Below, piece by piece: positions 28,344 to 37,267 of a DNA stretch of 64,000 bases (position 1 is its first letter; the number at the start of each line of letters is the position of its first letter). The DNA is taken from the NCBI GenBank assembly GCA_963788395.1, contig CAWBGV010000020.1, forward strand, positions 5,195 through 69,194, written 5' to 3'. The position numbers were made by a program, and so were the translations under genes. Origin of the DNA: Candidatus Doudnabacteria bacterium (GTDB taxonomy: Bacteria; Patescibacteriota; Doudnabacteria; UBA920). A model generated the notes under the pieces. The model worked only from the letters and a program-made list of their open reading frames with translations. It did not search any database and was not told the origin of the DNA.

Positions 28344-30275
28344 ATGGACAACGAAAATCAAATTACTGTTTTTGCTAAAACCAACTTCCGAAATCAGGAA
28401 GTGCCTTTTGGTATTAAAACAGATGATCGCCGCCGGCACATGTATTTAATTGGAAAAACCGGCATGGGCAAAACCACCTTAATGGAAAATATGGTGATTC
28501 AAGATATCCGCAATGGTCACGGGGTGGCGTTTTTAGACCCGCACGGGGATTCGATTCAGCGCATTCTCGACGCCGTGCCCAGCAATCGCGTGAATGATGT
28601 TATCTATTTTAATCCGGCCGATATGGAATATCCGCTGGCTTTTAATATTTTAGAATCCGTAGATCCCAAATATAAACATTTGGTGGCATCGGGGCTCATG
28701 GGCGTGTTTACTAAAATTTGGGCCAACTTGTGGTCGGCCCGCATGGAATACATTCTCAATAACACCATTCTGGCGCTTTTGGATAGCCCCGGGAATACTT
28801 TGCTCGGGATTACCCGGATGTACGTCGATAAAAAATACCGCAAAAAAATTGTAGATAATATAAAAGACCCCATGGTCCGGGCTTTTTGGACCGACGAGTT
28901 TGCCAACTATAACGAAAAGTACCGCACCGAGGCCATTGCACCGATTCAAAATAAGGTCGGGCAGTTTTTGTCGTCCGGAATTATCAGGAATATTGTCGGG
29001 CAGCCGCGCTCAACTATAGATTTGCGCGAGATCATGGATAATCAGAAAATCCTGATTATGGACCTCTCTAAAGGAAAAGTTGGCGAAGATAACTCGGCGT
29101 TATTGGGCGCTATGATAGTCACTAAACTGCAGTTGGCGGCCATGTCGCGCACCGACATTCCCGAAACCGAACGCAAAGATTTTTATTTGTACGTTGATGA
29201 ATTCCAAAATTTTGCGACCGAAAGCTTTGCGACCATCCTTTCCGAAGCCCGCAAGTACCGGCTGAATTTAATTGTTGGGCACCAGTACATTGCCCAGTTG
29301 GAACAGGACAAAAGCACTAAGGTCCGCGATGCTATTTTTGGCAACGTCGGAACCATTATTATTTTTCGAATTGGCGCGGCAGACGCGGAATTCCTGGAAA
29401 CCGAATTCGAACCCATATTTTTACCGACCGACCTGGTTAACCTGCCTAAGTACCACATAATTTTAAAACTGATGATTAATGGCGTGGCTAGTGAGCCATT
29501 TTCAGCAGTCACCCTGGCGCCCAGCCCCGAATACTATACCGGCAACGGCCAAAAAGTTATTCGGGTGTCGCGCGAGCGCTACAGTAATCCCATGATGGAA
29601 GTCGAAGATAAGATTTCGCGCTGGATGGGAGCGGAATTCCATCAAGAATCGGCGGTGATGATTGGCACTGAGGAAGATTCCGATGAAAAAACAATTCCGG
29701 CGCCTCGCGCCGCGACTCCGCCGGCTTCAGTTAATCTGCCTGTTATCGAAATTCAGGAGCCCCGCCCACAACCGGAACCGCTTGTAACCAAGCTCTTTGA
29801 TGCTGTTGCAGCCCCAGAGCCGGCTGATGAACCTCAGCCTGAGGTTTCTGATCGCCCCCCTGTTTCCACAACCAGACCGCCGGTGGTCGCTCAAGAGCGC
29901 CCCTTTACCCAGGAATTCCGCCAACCGGTACTAGAACGGGAGTCTCCTACAGCTAATACCCGTCCCCGGCCGTTAAATAATCGCTTTGAACCAAAGCGAA
30001 ATTTTTCTGACCATCGCGACCGCAATTCTCAAATGTATCAAAAGCGCCGGGACCAGCAAAAAACTAAACGCCAACCGGGGCGCGAGCCGGCCAAAAAAGA
30101 AAACCCGATTTGGCAAACAGTGGCCCAATTGCATTCCCAAAAAGGCAAAGAGGAACAAAAAAAGTTACATGAAACGGTTGCAAAAATTTTAGAGCCGGCA
30201 TCGGAACAAGCGAGCCCGCGGCCCGCACCCCCAAAGCGGCAAGTCCTCCAGCCCGGGCAATCGCAAAAATTTTAA
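28344..30275 (+). CDS. VirD4/TraD/TrwB-like P-loop ATPase (coupling-protein-like) with long low-complexity tail
   Basis: Walker A GKTGMGKTT (aa 37-45, nt 28452-28478), Walker B-like FYLYVDEFQNF, LNLIVGHQY. No N-terminal TM. The last ~200 aa are Pro/Gln/Arg/Lys/Glu-rich. Confidence 0.7.
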   Translation: MDNENQITVFAKTNFRNQEVPFGIKTDDRRRHMYLIGKTGMGKTTLMENMVIQDIRNGHGVAFLDPHGDSIQRILDAVPSNRVNDVIYFNPADMEYPLAFNILESVDPKYKHLVASGLMGVFTKIWANLWSARMEYILNNTILALLDSPGNTLLGITRMYVDKKYRKKIVDNIKDPMVRAFWTDEFANYNEKYRTEAIAPIQNKVGQFLSSGIIRNIVGQPRSTIDLREIMDNQKILIMDLSKGKVGEDNSALLGAMIVTKLQLAAMSRTDIPETERKDFYLYVDEFQNFATESFATILSEARKYRLNLIVGHQYIAQLEQDKSTKVRDAIFGNVGTIIIFRIGAADAEFLETEFEPIFLPTDLVNLPKYHIILKLMINGVASEPFSAVTLAPSPEYYTGNGQKVIRVSRERYSNPMMEVEDKISRWMGAEFHQESAVMIGTEEDSDEKTIPAPRAATPPASVNLPVIEIQEPRPQPEPLVTKLFDAVAAPEPADEPQPEVSDRPPVSTTRPPVVAQERPFTQEFRQPVLERESPTANTRPRPLNNRFEPKRNFSDHRDRNSQMYQKRRDQQKTKRQPGREPAKKENPIWQTVAQLHSQKGKEEQKKLHETVAKILEPASEQASPRPAPPKRQVLQPGQSQKF

Positions 30276-30280
30276 GGTAC

Positions 30281-30314
30281 AAAAAAACGCGTGACGAATG
30301 TCACGCGTTTTTTA
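30281..30314. terminator. bidirectional terminator between convergent genes
   Basis: ACGCGTGAC-GAAT-GTCACGCGT flanked by A7 and T6. Confidence 0.8.
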
Positions 30315-30318
30315 AGTT

Positions 30319-30639
30319 TTAAAGATATTTTTTAAGTTCCGTTTCCACCGTTGCTTTTGGCGCGGCGCCGATAAGTTCTCCGACTAGTTTTCCGCTTTTA
30401 AAAAATTTCAAGGTCGGAATACTCATAACTCCATAGCGCATAGCCAAATTATTGTTTTCATCGACATTGACTTTCCCGACTTTAAGTTTGCCGGCGTACT
30501 CTCCGGCCAATTCTTCAACGATCGGGCTCAGGACTTTGCAGGGCCCGCACCAAACGGCCCAAAAATCTATCATGACCGGCATTGCGGATTGCAGGACTTC
30601 CTGATCAAAATTTTGTTCTGTAATTATAACTTCGTTCAT
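30319..30639 (-). CDS. trxA: thioredoxin
   Basis: WAVWCGPCK active site, 106 aa. Confidence 0.9.
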   Translation of the reverse strand: MNEVIITEQNFDQEVLQSAMPVMIDFWAVWCGPCKVLSPIVEELAGEYAGKLKVGKVNVDENNNLAMRYGVMSIPTLKFFKSGKLVGELIGAAPKATVETELKKYL

Positions 30640-30740
30640 TATTTGGTCTCCCGTATCGGTTATATAAGGTTATTTTCGCATCATTACCCTATATACCAGA
30701 TTATTAACGTGCTTTGTTATTTTATCCACAACCGCAAACT

Positions 30741-30768
30741 TTGTCAATGATACTAAAACAGCTATAAT
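30741..30768 (+). promoter_or_regulatory. sigma70-type promoter for the dac-mraY cluster
   Basis: TTGTCA, 16-nt spacer, TATAAT. Confidence 0.5.
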
Positions 30769-30818
30769 TAAACCACCTCTGAGATTCTAAAAACAGAAAA
30801 TTTTACCAAAAAGATTAA

Positions 30819-31808
30819 ATGTTAAAAACAAAAATTAAGAACATCTTGGGCCCAGGGCTGCTTTTTTTAACGCTTTGCCTAGTCATGGAGGTTTTTGGCA
30901 GCTGGATTTTTCCAGTTTCAGCCCAAAACCAACTTCTTTCTCAAGTCAGCACTACGGAAGCAGCTCCGGCGCAACCGATGGTTTTGGGAACCTCCACGAC
31001 CGTACAACTGCCCGTTGCTACGCCGACTATTACAGTTCCCCAACAAACGGGAACTCCCGATTTTAGTTCGATTAAAGCCGAAAGCTTTTTAGTCTATGAC
31101 GCAGCCAGCGGCCAGATTCTCGCTCAAAAAGATCCGGATTTAAAAACTCCAATCGCCAGCTTGACCAAATTACTCACCGGCCTGATAGCCTATGAACAGG
31201 ATAATCTAAACGCTACGGTGACTATTCCATCCGAAGATGAATTGCCGGTCGCTCCCGACCTGGGACTGCGGAACGGCGCGGTCGTCGAACTTTCCGACTT
31301 GTTTAAAGCCATGCTGATTGGCTCAGCCAATGACGCGGCCCTGGCTTTAGCTAACGCCACAGCGGCTCAGACCGGGCAAAATTTTGTCGGATTAATGAAC
31401 GCAACCGCGCTGCGCCTGGGAATGACCAGCAGCAGCTTTGAAAACCCCATGGGGTTTGATAGCCCCCAAAACTATTCCACCGCCAACGACATTCGCAAGC
31501 TGGTTGATTTTACCTCTCAAATCGATGCCTTTTCCTCTTTAGGGCACCAGACCGGCTACTCTTTTACCGGTCAAGACGGGCAAGACTATCACGTTACCGC
31601 CTCGAATCGGTTGGTATTGACCCATCCGGAAATTCAGGCCGTTAAAACCGGCTTAACTCCGGAAGCTGACGGCGCTATGGTCACAAAAATTACCGAAAAT
31701 GGCCATAGTATTATAGTGATTGTTTTACACAGCACTAACCGGGAGCAAGACACTTTAACTTTGGAAAATCAAATCTTTAGTAATTTCAGCTGGGATATGG
31801 TACAATAA
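30819..31808 (+). CDS. D-alanyl-D-alanine carboxypeptidase (S11, PBP5-like)
   Basis: SLTK (SxxK), SAND (SxN) and KTG motifs in the correct order, with an N-terminal signal/anchor. Confidence 0.8.
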   Translation: MLKTKIKNILGPGLLFLTLCLVMEVFGSWIFPVSAQNQLLSQVSTTEAAPAQPMVLGTSTTVQLPVATPTITVPQQTGTPDFSSIKAESFLVYDAASGQILAQKDPDLKTPIASLTKLLTGLIAYEQDNLNATVTIPSEDELPVAPDLGLRNGAVVELSDLFKAMLIGSANDAALALANATAAQTGQNFVGLMNATALRLGMTSSSFENPMGFDSPQNYSTANDIRKLVDFTSQIDAFSSLGHQTGYSFTGQDGQDYHVTASNRLVLTHPEIQAVKTGLTPEADGAMVTKITENGHSIIVIVLHSTNREQDTLTLENQIFSNFSWDMVQ

Positions 31809-31817
31809 TAAGGCTTT

Positions 31818-32855
31818 ATGCTGTACCAAGCGCTCATTAAAATATTTTTACTAACCTCGTTCGGTTTTATTTTTGCGCTGATTATTACGCCGCTTTTAAC
31901 CGATTTTTTATATAAAAATAAGCTCGGTAAACAGATTCGGAACGACGGCAGTACTCCTTTGTTTTCGCAATTACATGCCGGTAAAGCCGGTACTCCGACT
32001 ATGGGTGGCGTCTTAGTTTGGGGCACAGTATTGATTTTGTGCGTGGCTTTTTGGATTTTAGACCGCCTAGCCCATTTTTCTGATTTTCATCAACTGAATT
32101 TTTTAACCCGCAAGGAAACCTTGCTGCCGCTGGGGGCTTTGGTTGGCGCTTCGTTCGTGGGTTTACTCGATGACTGGCTCGACATTAAAAAGCTCGGACA
32201 CAAAGGCAGGGGATTGCGCTTTCGGGTCAAATTTATTTTATACGCGGTCGTGGCTATGATCGGAGCCTGGTGGTTTTATTTTAAACTCGGCTTTACCATT
32301 GTTCATGTCCCCTTTGTCGGAGATTTAAATTTTGGCATTTGGTTTATTCCATTTTTTATTCTGGCCGTGGTGGGCATTAGTTTTGCCGTTAACGAAACGG
32401 ACGGGTTGGACGGCTTAGCCGGCGGCACACTCATGATTGCGTTTGTGTCTTACGGGTTAATCGCCTACGTCCAAGGTAAATATAATCTGGCCGCATTTAT
32501 TGGCGTGATTTGCGGCAGCCTGCTGGCCTTTTTGTGGTTTAATGTTTTTCCGGCGCGGTTTATTATGGGAGATACCGGTTCAATGGGATTGGGAGTATTA
32601 TTGGCTATTGTGGCCTTTTTAACTAACTCGGTATTCCTCTTATTTTTTATTGGTTTTATTTTTTTTCTGGAAGCAGCTTCGGCGATTATTCAGTTACTAT
32701 CAAAACGGTTTTTTAAACGCAAAGTGTTTTTGTCCGCGCCTATTCACCACCATTTTCAGGCTCTGGGCTGGCCAGAGACTAAAGTTACCATGCGGTTTTG
32801 GATCATTGCTGCGGTTATGAGTATCATTGGCATTATATTATATTTTATATCTTAG
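31818..32855 (+). CDS. mraY: phospho-N-acetylmuramoyl-pentapeptide transferase MraY
   Basis: GTPTMGG, NETDGLDGLAGG, GDTGSMGLG and PIHHHF motifs. Confidence 0.9.
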   Translation: MLYQALIKIFLLTSFGFIFALIITPLLTDFLYKNKLGKQIRNDGSTPLFSQLHAGKAGTPTMGGVLVWGTVLILCVAFWILDRLAHFSDFHQLNFLTRKETLLPLGALVGASFVGLLDDWLDIKKLGHKGRGLRFRVKFILYAVVAMIGAWWFYFKLGFTIVHVPFVGDLNFGIWFIPFFILAVVGISFAVNETDGLDGLAGGTLMIAFVSYGLIAYVQGKYNLAAFIGVICGSLLAFLWFNVFPARFIMGDTGSMGLGVLLAIVAFLTNSVFLLFFIGFIFFLEAASAIIQLLSKRFFKRKVFLSAPIHHHFQALGWPETKVTMRFWIIAAVMSIIGIILYFIS

Positions 32856-32869
32856 CATTTCCGCTTTCC

Positions 32870-34435
32870 ATGTATTCACTCCTCATTAAAAACGCCACCG
32901 TCATTGACGGCTCCGGTGAACCCGGAGAGGTTTTAGATGTGGCCGTGGAAGGCCAGGAAATAATCGCCGTGGCCCGCGAGATAAAAACCGGCGCTCAAAC
33001 GGTTGTTGACGGTTCTGGCTTAGTACTCACTCCGGGTTTTATAGATCCCCAAGACCATAGCGACGTCTACTGGCAGCTGTTTGATAACCCGACCCTAGAT
33101 AGCTTAGTAACCCAAGGTTTTACCAGTATTTTAGTCGGCAATTGCGGCGCAAGCCTGGCTCCATTGCTTTCCCCGGAAGCTTTGCTTTCGATTCAAAAGT
33201 GGCATTCGTTGGAAGGCGCCAACCTTAACTGGCAGACTTTTTCCGAATATTTACAAGAACTTTCATCAAAAAAATTCGCTTGCAATGTCGCCAGCTTGGT
33301 CGGGTATTCAACTTTGCGGCGGGGTATTGTCGGCGACCAGATTCGGGCCTTAGAAAAACCGGAACTGGAATCGTTGAAAGGGATTTTAGAACAAAGTTTG
33401 CGCGACGGCGCTTTTGGTTTATCGAGCGGACTTTCTTATGCTCACGAAATAATCGTTTCCGAACTGGAAATGTTTGAGCTGGCTAAAATTATTAAGCAGT
33501 ATAACGCGCTGCTTTCCGTTCATTTGCGCAGCGAAGGCGGCGAGATCGTGGAAGCCGTAGAAGAAGCTCTGGATATTGCCAGAAACACCGAAGTCAACTT
33601 AAAAATCTCCCATTTAAAAATTAGGAACGAACATAATTGGGAAAAACTGCCCCAGGTTTTAGACGATATCGAAATCGCTTACCATAAAGGGGCCAATGTT
33701 CATTTTGACGCATACCCATACGATACCATCTGGCAGGTCTTGTACGCTTACTTGCCGCGATGGGCTTTTGAAGGCGGCCGCCAGGTCATGCTGAAACATT
33801 TTAATGATCCTATTCAGCACAATAAAATTTTAATGCATTTAAATAATTTAAATGTCAGGTTCTCAGATGTAATTATTGCCTCAACCACTAACCACATGAA
33901 TGTTATTGGTAAAAGGATTGGCCAAATAGCCAAAAATTTAGATGTCTCCAGCGAACAGGCGGTCCTGCATTTACTGGAACATGGCGGCAGCGAAGTGTTA
34001 GTGTTTGAAAAAAACTTAGACGAGCAGCAAGTCCGCAAATTAACCCACCATCCGTTAAGTTTTATCGGGACTGATGGCGCCGGGTTCGGGACTAATCAAA
34101 AAGATAGGCTGGTTCATCCGCGTTGTTTTGGCTCGGCTACTAAGTTTTTGCATGAAGTCATTTCGGAAAAATCCTTACCTTTGGAAAAGGCTGTGGCAAA
34201 ACTAACTTCGGGCCCGGCTAAAAAAATTGGTCTGAGCAAACGGGGAGAAATTAAAATCGGCAATTATGCCGATCTGGTCTTATTTGACAAAAATGCCATT
34301 AGCGATAAAGCCACGTATGAAAACCCCTATCAGTTCAGTCAGGGCATTCATTCTGTTATTGTCAACGGCCGAGCCGTAGTTCAGGATGGTCAACTGACCG
34401 GAACGTTGCCCGGAGTGGCACTTCGTAGAGAATAA
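32870..34435 (+). CDS. D-aminoacylase-like amidohydrolase (N-acyl-D-amino-acid deacylase family)
   Basis: IKNATVIDGSG...TPGFIDPQDHSD, GNCG, HLRSE, ISHLK and GTDG motifs. The usual HxH is Q-D-H here. ATG 32870 preferred. Confidence 0.7.
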   Translation: MYSLLIKNATVIDGSGEPGEVLDVAVEGQEIIAVAREIKTGAQTVVDGSGLVLTPGFIDPQDHSDVYWQLFDNPTLDSLVTQGFTSILVGNCGASLAPLLSPEALLSIQKWHSLEGANLNWQTFSEYLQELSSKKFACNVASLVGYSTLRRGIVGDQIRALEKPELESLKGILEQSLRDGAFGLSSGLSYAHEIIVSELEMFELAKIIKQYNALLSVHLRSEGGEIVEAVEEALDIARNTEVNLKISHLKIRNEHNWEKLPQVLDDIEIAYHKGANVHFDAYPYDTIWQVLYAYLPRWAFEGGRQVMLKHFNDPIQHNKILMHLNNLNVRFSDVIIASTTNHMNVIGKRIGQIAKNLDVSSEQAVLHLLEHGGSEVLVFEKNLDEQQVRKLTHHPLSFIGTDGAGFGTNQKDRLVHPRCFGSATKFLHEVISEKSLPLEKAVAKLTSGPAKKIGLSKRGEIKIGNYADLVLFDKNAISDKATYENPYQFSQGIHSVIVNGRAVVQDGQLTGTLPGVALRRE

Positions 34436-34533
34436 AAAAATATTCCATTTTTGCCGTCCCAAACTTTATCGCCTATATTGGGCGATTTTTTATTGTCCCT
34501 CTCCAGCTAAATACCCCGCGGCTCTGCTGCGAT

Positions 34534-34700
34534 GTCATTGCGAGTGCAGCCGATCTGTCCGCCGCAGTCCGCCTCGGCGGGCAGGCTGTCTGAGCCAACT
34601 TTATATTAAAATTAATATAGTGGCGAGTTCCGCAGCTAAAAAATCGGCTTGGCTTTGTGGCCACCAGGAACTAGGACAGGAACTGGGAACTGTTACCCAA
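34534..34700. repeat. hybrid palindromic repeat (copy B): left half like copy C, right half like copy A
   Basis: 34534-34566 matches 59692-59724 (2 mismatches in 33). 34586-34645 matches the reverse complement of 14206-14264 (~90 %). No right-hand CTCGCAATGAC terminus. Confidence 0.6.
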
Positions 34701-34761
34701 CAAACTTTTTGTTTATATAGCCAAATTATGGTAAAATAAATAAGTATTTTCCTCAATTTCT

Positions 34762-36141
34762 ATGGATATAAAAGACTTAGCCGGTAAACTTGTAGCGGTA
34801 CTTGGGTTTGGCGCCAAAGAAGGCCGAGCGACCACGGAATATTTGCTAAAGCAGGGGATTACACCAGTATTGTTTGACCAAAAACCCTGGGATGAATGGG
34901 CGGAAGCAGATAAAACCTACATTCGCGGGCTGGGTGTGAATTTTATTTTTGGACCAGGTTACTGGGAAGAATTACGCGGGTTTAACATCGCTTTTCGCAC
35001 GCCGGGCATATCGCGCCTTCATCCCAAATTGCTGGCACTCGAAAAAAAAGGATTAGTCATAAGCAGCCAAACCAAATGGTTTTTTGAGCATTGCCCGGCA
35101 AAAATTATAGGCGTAACCGGAACCAAAGGCAAAGGCACAACCTGTTCGCTGATTTTTGAGATTCTCAACCAGCAACTACCCGGAACAATTTTTTTAACCG
35201 GAAATATCGGCGGCCAGCAACCGTTGGAATTTTTAGATACTTTATCGGCGAAAGACATCATTGTCTACGAACTTTCCAGCTTTCAACTCCAGGACTTAAC
35301 CCAAAGCCCTCAGGTGGGAGTTGTGCTGATGGTGACTCAGGACCATTTAGATTACCATGCTTCGGCAGCAGAATATCGCGAAGCAAAAAGTGCCATTGAT
35401 AAATTTCAAACCCCGGAAGATTTTGTAATTTATAATACGGATTATCCAGCTACTGCTATTATAGGACAAATGGGTAATGGTAAAAAAATCCCCTACAGTA
35501 CTCATAAGGACTTGGAAGTTGGTTACTTTGTGCGCGGCAGTCAGGTTGCGTCAGAGACTCAAAATTTTGACCCCTACGACCTTAGCCAAACCCAGCTGCG
35601 CGGAAAGCATAATTGGGAAAATATTTTACCGGCAATCGCTGTGGGTGAATTATTGGGAATTAATCATGAGCACATTCAGCAAAGCGTTAATAGTTTTAAA
35701 GGGCTGGAACATCGTCTGGAATATGTAGCCGAAAAAAATGGCGTTAAGTATTATAACGATTCAATTTCCACGACCCCGGAAACGGCCGTCGCCGCTCTTT
35801 TAGCTTTTACCGAACCGGAAATTATTATTTTGGGCGGCGCCAGCAAGCAGAGCGATTTTAGCGAATTGGGAAAAACGGTTAGCCGCAGGCCGGGGCTCAA
35901 GGCGGTAGTGCTGATTGGGCCCGAAGCCCCGCGCATTAAGCAGGCTATTACCCAAGCCGGACCATATTCCGGAATTTTTTTGGAAGGAGCCACCCAACTT
36001 ACTGAAGCTTTTCAGCAAATTCAAACCATCGCCCAGCCCGGCGATGTTGTCTTGTTGAGCCCGGCCTGTACTTCTTTTAATGAATTTTCAAATTACCGCG
36101 AGCGGGGGAACGAATTTAAACGATTAGTCAATTTGTTATGA
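34762..36141 (+). CDS. murD: UDP-N-acetylmuramoylalanine--D-glutamate ligase MurD
   Basis: GVTGTKGKGTT P-loop, Mur-ligase layout, position before ftsW. Confidence 0.85.
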   Translation: MDIKDLAGKLVAVLGFGAKEGRATTEYLLKQGITPVLFDQKPWDEWAEADKTYIRGLGVNFIFGPGYWEELRGFNIAFRTPGISRLHPKLLALEKKGLVISSQTKWFFEHCPAKIIGVTGTKGKGTTCSLIFEILNQQLPGTIFLTGNIGGQQPLEFLDTLSAKDIIVYELSSFQLQDLTQSPQVGVVLMVTQDHLDYHASAAEYREAKSAIDKFQTPEDFVIYNTDYPATAIIGQMGNGKKIPYSTHKDLEVGYFVRGSQVASETQNFDPYDLSQTQLRGKHNWENILPAIAVGELLGINHEHIQQSVNSFKGLEHRLEYVAEKNGVKYYNDSISTTPETAVAALLAFTEPEIIILGGASKQSDFSELGKTVSRRPGLKAVVLIGPEAPRIKQAITQAGPYSGIFLEGATQLTEAFQQIQTIAQPGDVVLLSPACTSFNEFSNYRERGNEFKRLVNLL

Positions 36142-37259
36142 ACAGAGCTATAGCCAAAAAAAAATCTTTTACCGCTCCGGCTGGCCTGCTGGCCGTGACC
36201 CTTATTTTATTATGTTATGGCTTGATTGTTCTGTATTCTGCTTCAACCGTCCAATCCTTTAACGCTTTTGGAACCACCACGCATTACATTTTACACCAAT
36301 TCTTGTATGGCGGACTGTTAGGTTTGGTTGCCATGTACATTTGTTCAAAGCTCGATTACCACATTTGGCAAAAATATTTACCGCTGTTAATCGGAACATC
36401 TTTACTCTTACTGATTGCGGTAAAAATACCGGGCTTAGGTTTTTCCACCGGCGGCGCGGCCCGCTGGATCCATTTGGGTCCGATTCTATTCCAACCTTCG
36501 GAAATAGCCAAGCTCGTGATTATTTTTTATTTAGCGGCTTGGGTTGACCGCAAGCAAACTTTGTTAAACGATTTCTATTTTGGGATTTTACCGTCGCTGG
36601 CTATTATTGCGCTCTTCGCCGGTTTTATTTTGTGGCAGCCGGATTTTGGCACTATGCTGGTGTTAATTTTTGTCTCGGCCAGCATGTTGTTTGTGGCGGG
36701 AATTGATTGGAAATATTTTTTCTGGACCATTGTCGCGGGCGGTTTGGCTTTATACGGTTTTATACTCGTAGAGCCGTATCGGGCCCGCCGCCTGACCACT
36801 TTTTTAGATCCGACGATAGATAAATTAGGCATAAGCTACCAAATCAACCAGGCCATCTTAGCCATTGGTTCAGGCGGGCTATGGGGCTACGGATACGGCA
36901 TGTCGAGGCAAAAGTATAACTTTTTACCCGAAGCTTCCACCGATTCTATTTTTGCGGTTATGGCCGAAGAATTGGGTTTTTTCCGCGTAGTATTTCTCTT
37001 GATACTATTTGTTTTGTTCGCGCTCCTGGGATTTAGAATAGCCAAAAATGCTCCCGATATGTTTGGCAAAATGGCCGCGGTCGGCATTACCAGCTGGATT
37101 GTGCTCCAGGCGTTTGTGAATATTGGCGCCATGGTCAACATTTTGCCGTTAACCGGCATTCCCTTACCATTTTTTAGCTATGGAAGCACGTCGTTACTCA
37201 TGACCTTGGCGGCCATTGGCATTCTGTTTAATATTTCTAACCAATCACGCGCTTCTTAA
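36138..37259 (+). CDS. ftsW: SEDS-family peptidoglycan glycosyltransferase FtsW/RodA
   Basis: LPEASTDSIFAVMAEELGF and PLPFFSYGSTS motifs. ATGA overlap with murD. Confidence 0.85.
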   Translation: MNRAIAKKKSFTAPAGLLAVTLILLCYGLIVLYSASTVQSFNAFGTTTHYILHQFLYGGLLGLVAMYICSKLDYHIWQKYLPLLIGTSLLLLIAVKIPGLGFSTGGAARWIHLGPILFQPSEIAKLVIIFYLAAWVDRKQTLLNDFYFGILPSLAIIALFAGFILWQPDFGTMLVLIFVSASMLFVAGIDWKYFFWTIVAGGLALYGFILVEPYRARRLTTFLDPTIDKLGISYQINQAILAIGSGGLWGYGYGMSRQKYNFLPEASTDSIFAVMAEELGFFRVVFLLILFVLFALLGFRIAKNAPDMFGKMAAVGITSWIVLQAFVNIGAMVNILPLTGIPLPFFSYGSTSLLMTLAAIGILFNISNQSRAS

Positions 37260-37267
37260 TCAGCTCC

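Noticed and set aside
30722-30730. Perfect DnaA-box consensus TTATCCACA in the trxA / dac divergent intergenic region. Possible origin of replication.
   Set aside because: It is a single box with no cluster, no adjacent AT-rich unwinding repeats and no dnaA/dnaN nearby. One 9-mer hit in 64 kb on two strands is close to chance expectation.
34473-34664. ORF-track entries crossing the palindromic repeats (34473..34664(-), 59673..59900(-), 59686..59961(-), 3077..3295(-)).
   Set aside because: They are read through repeat hairpins (peptides such as ...ALAMT...), have no initiation signals and overlap real genes or repeats. They are annotation artefacts typical of such repeats.
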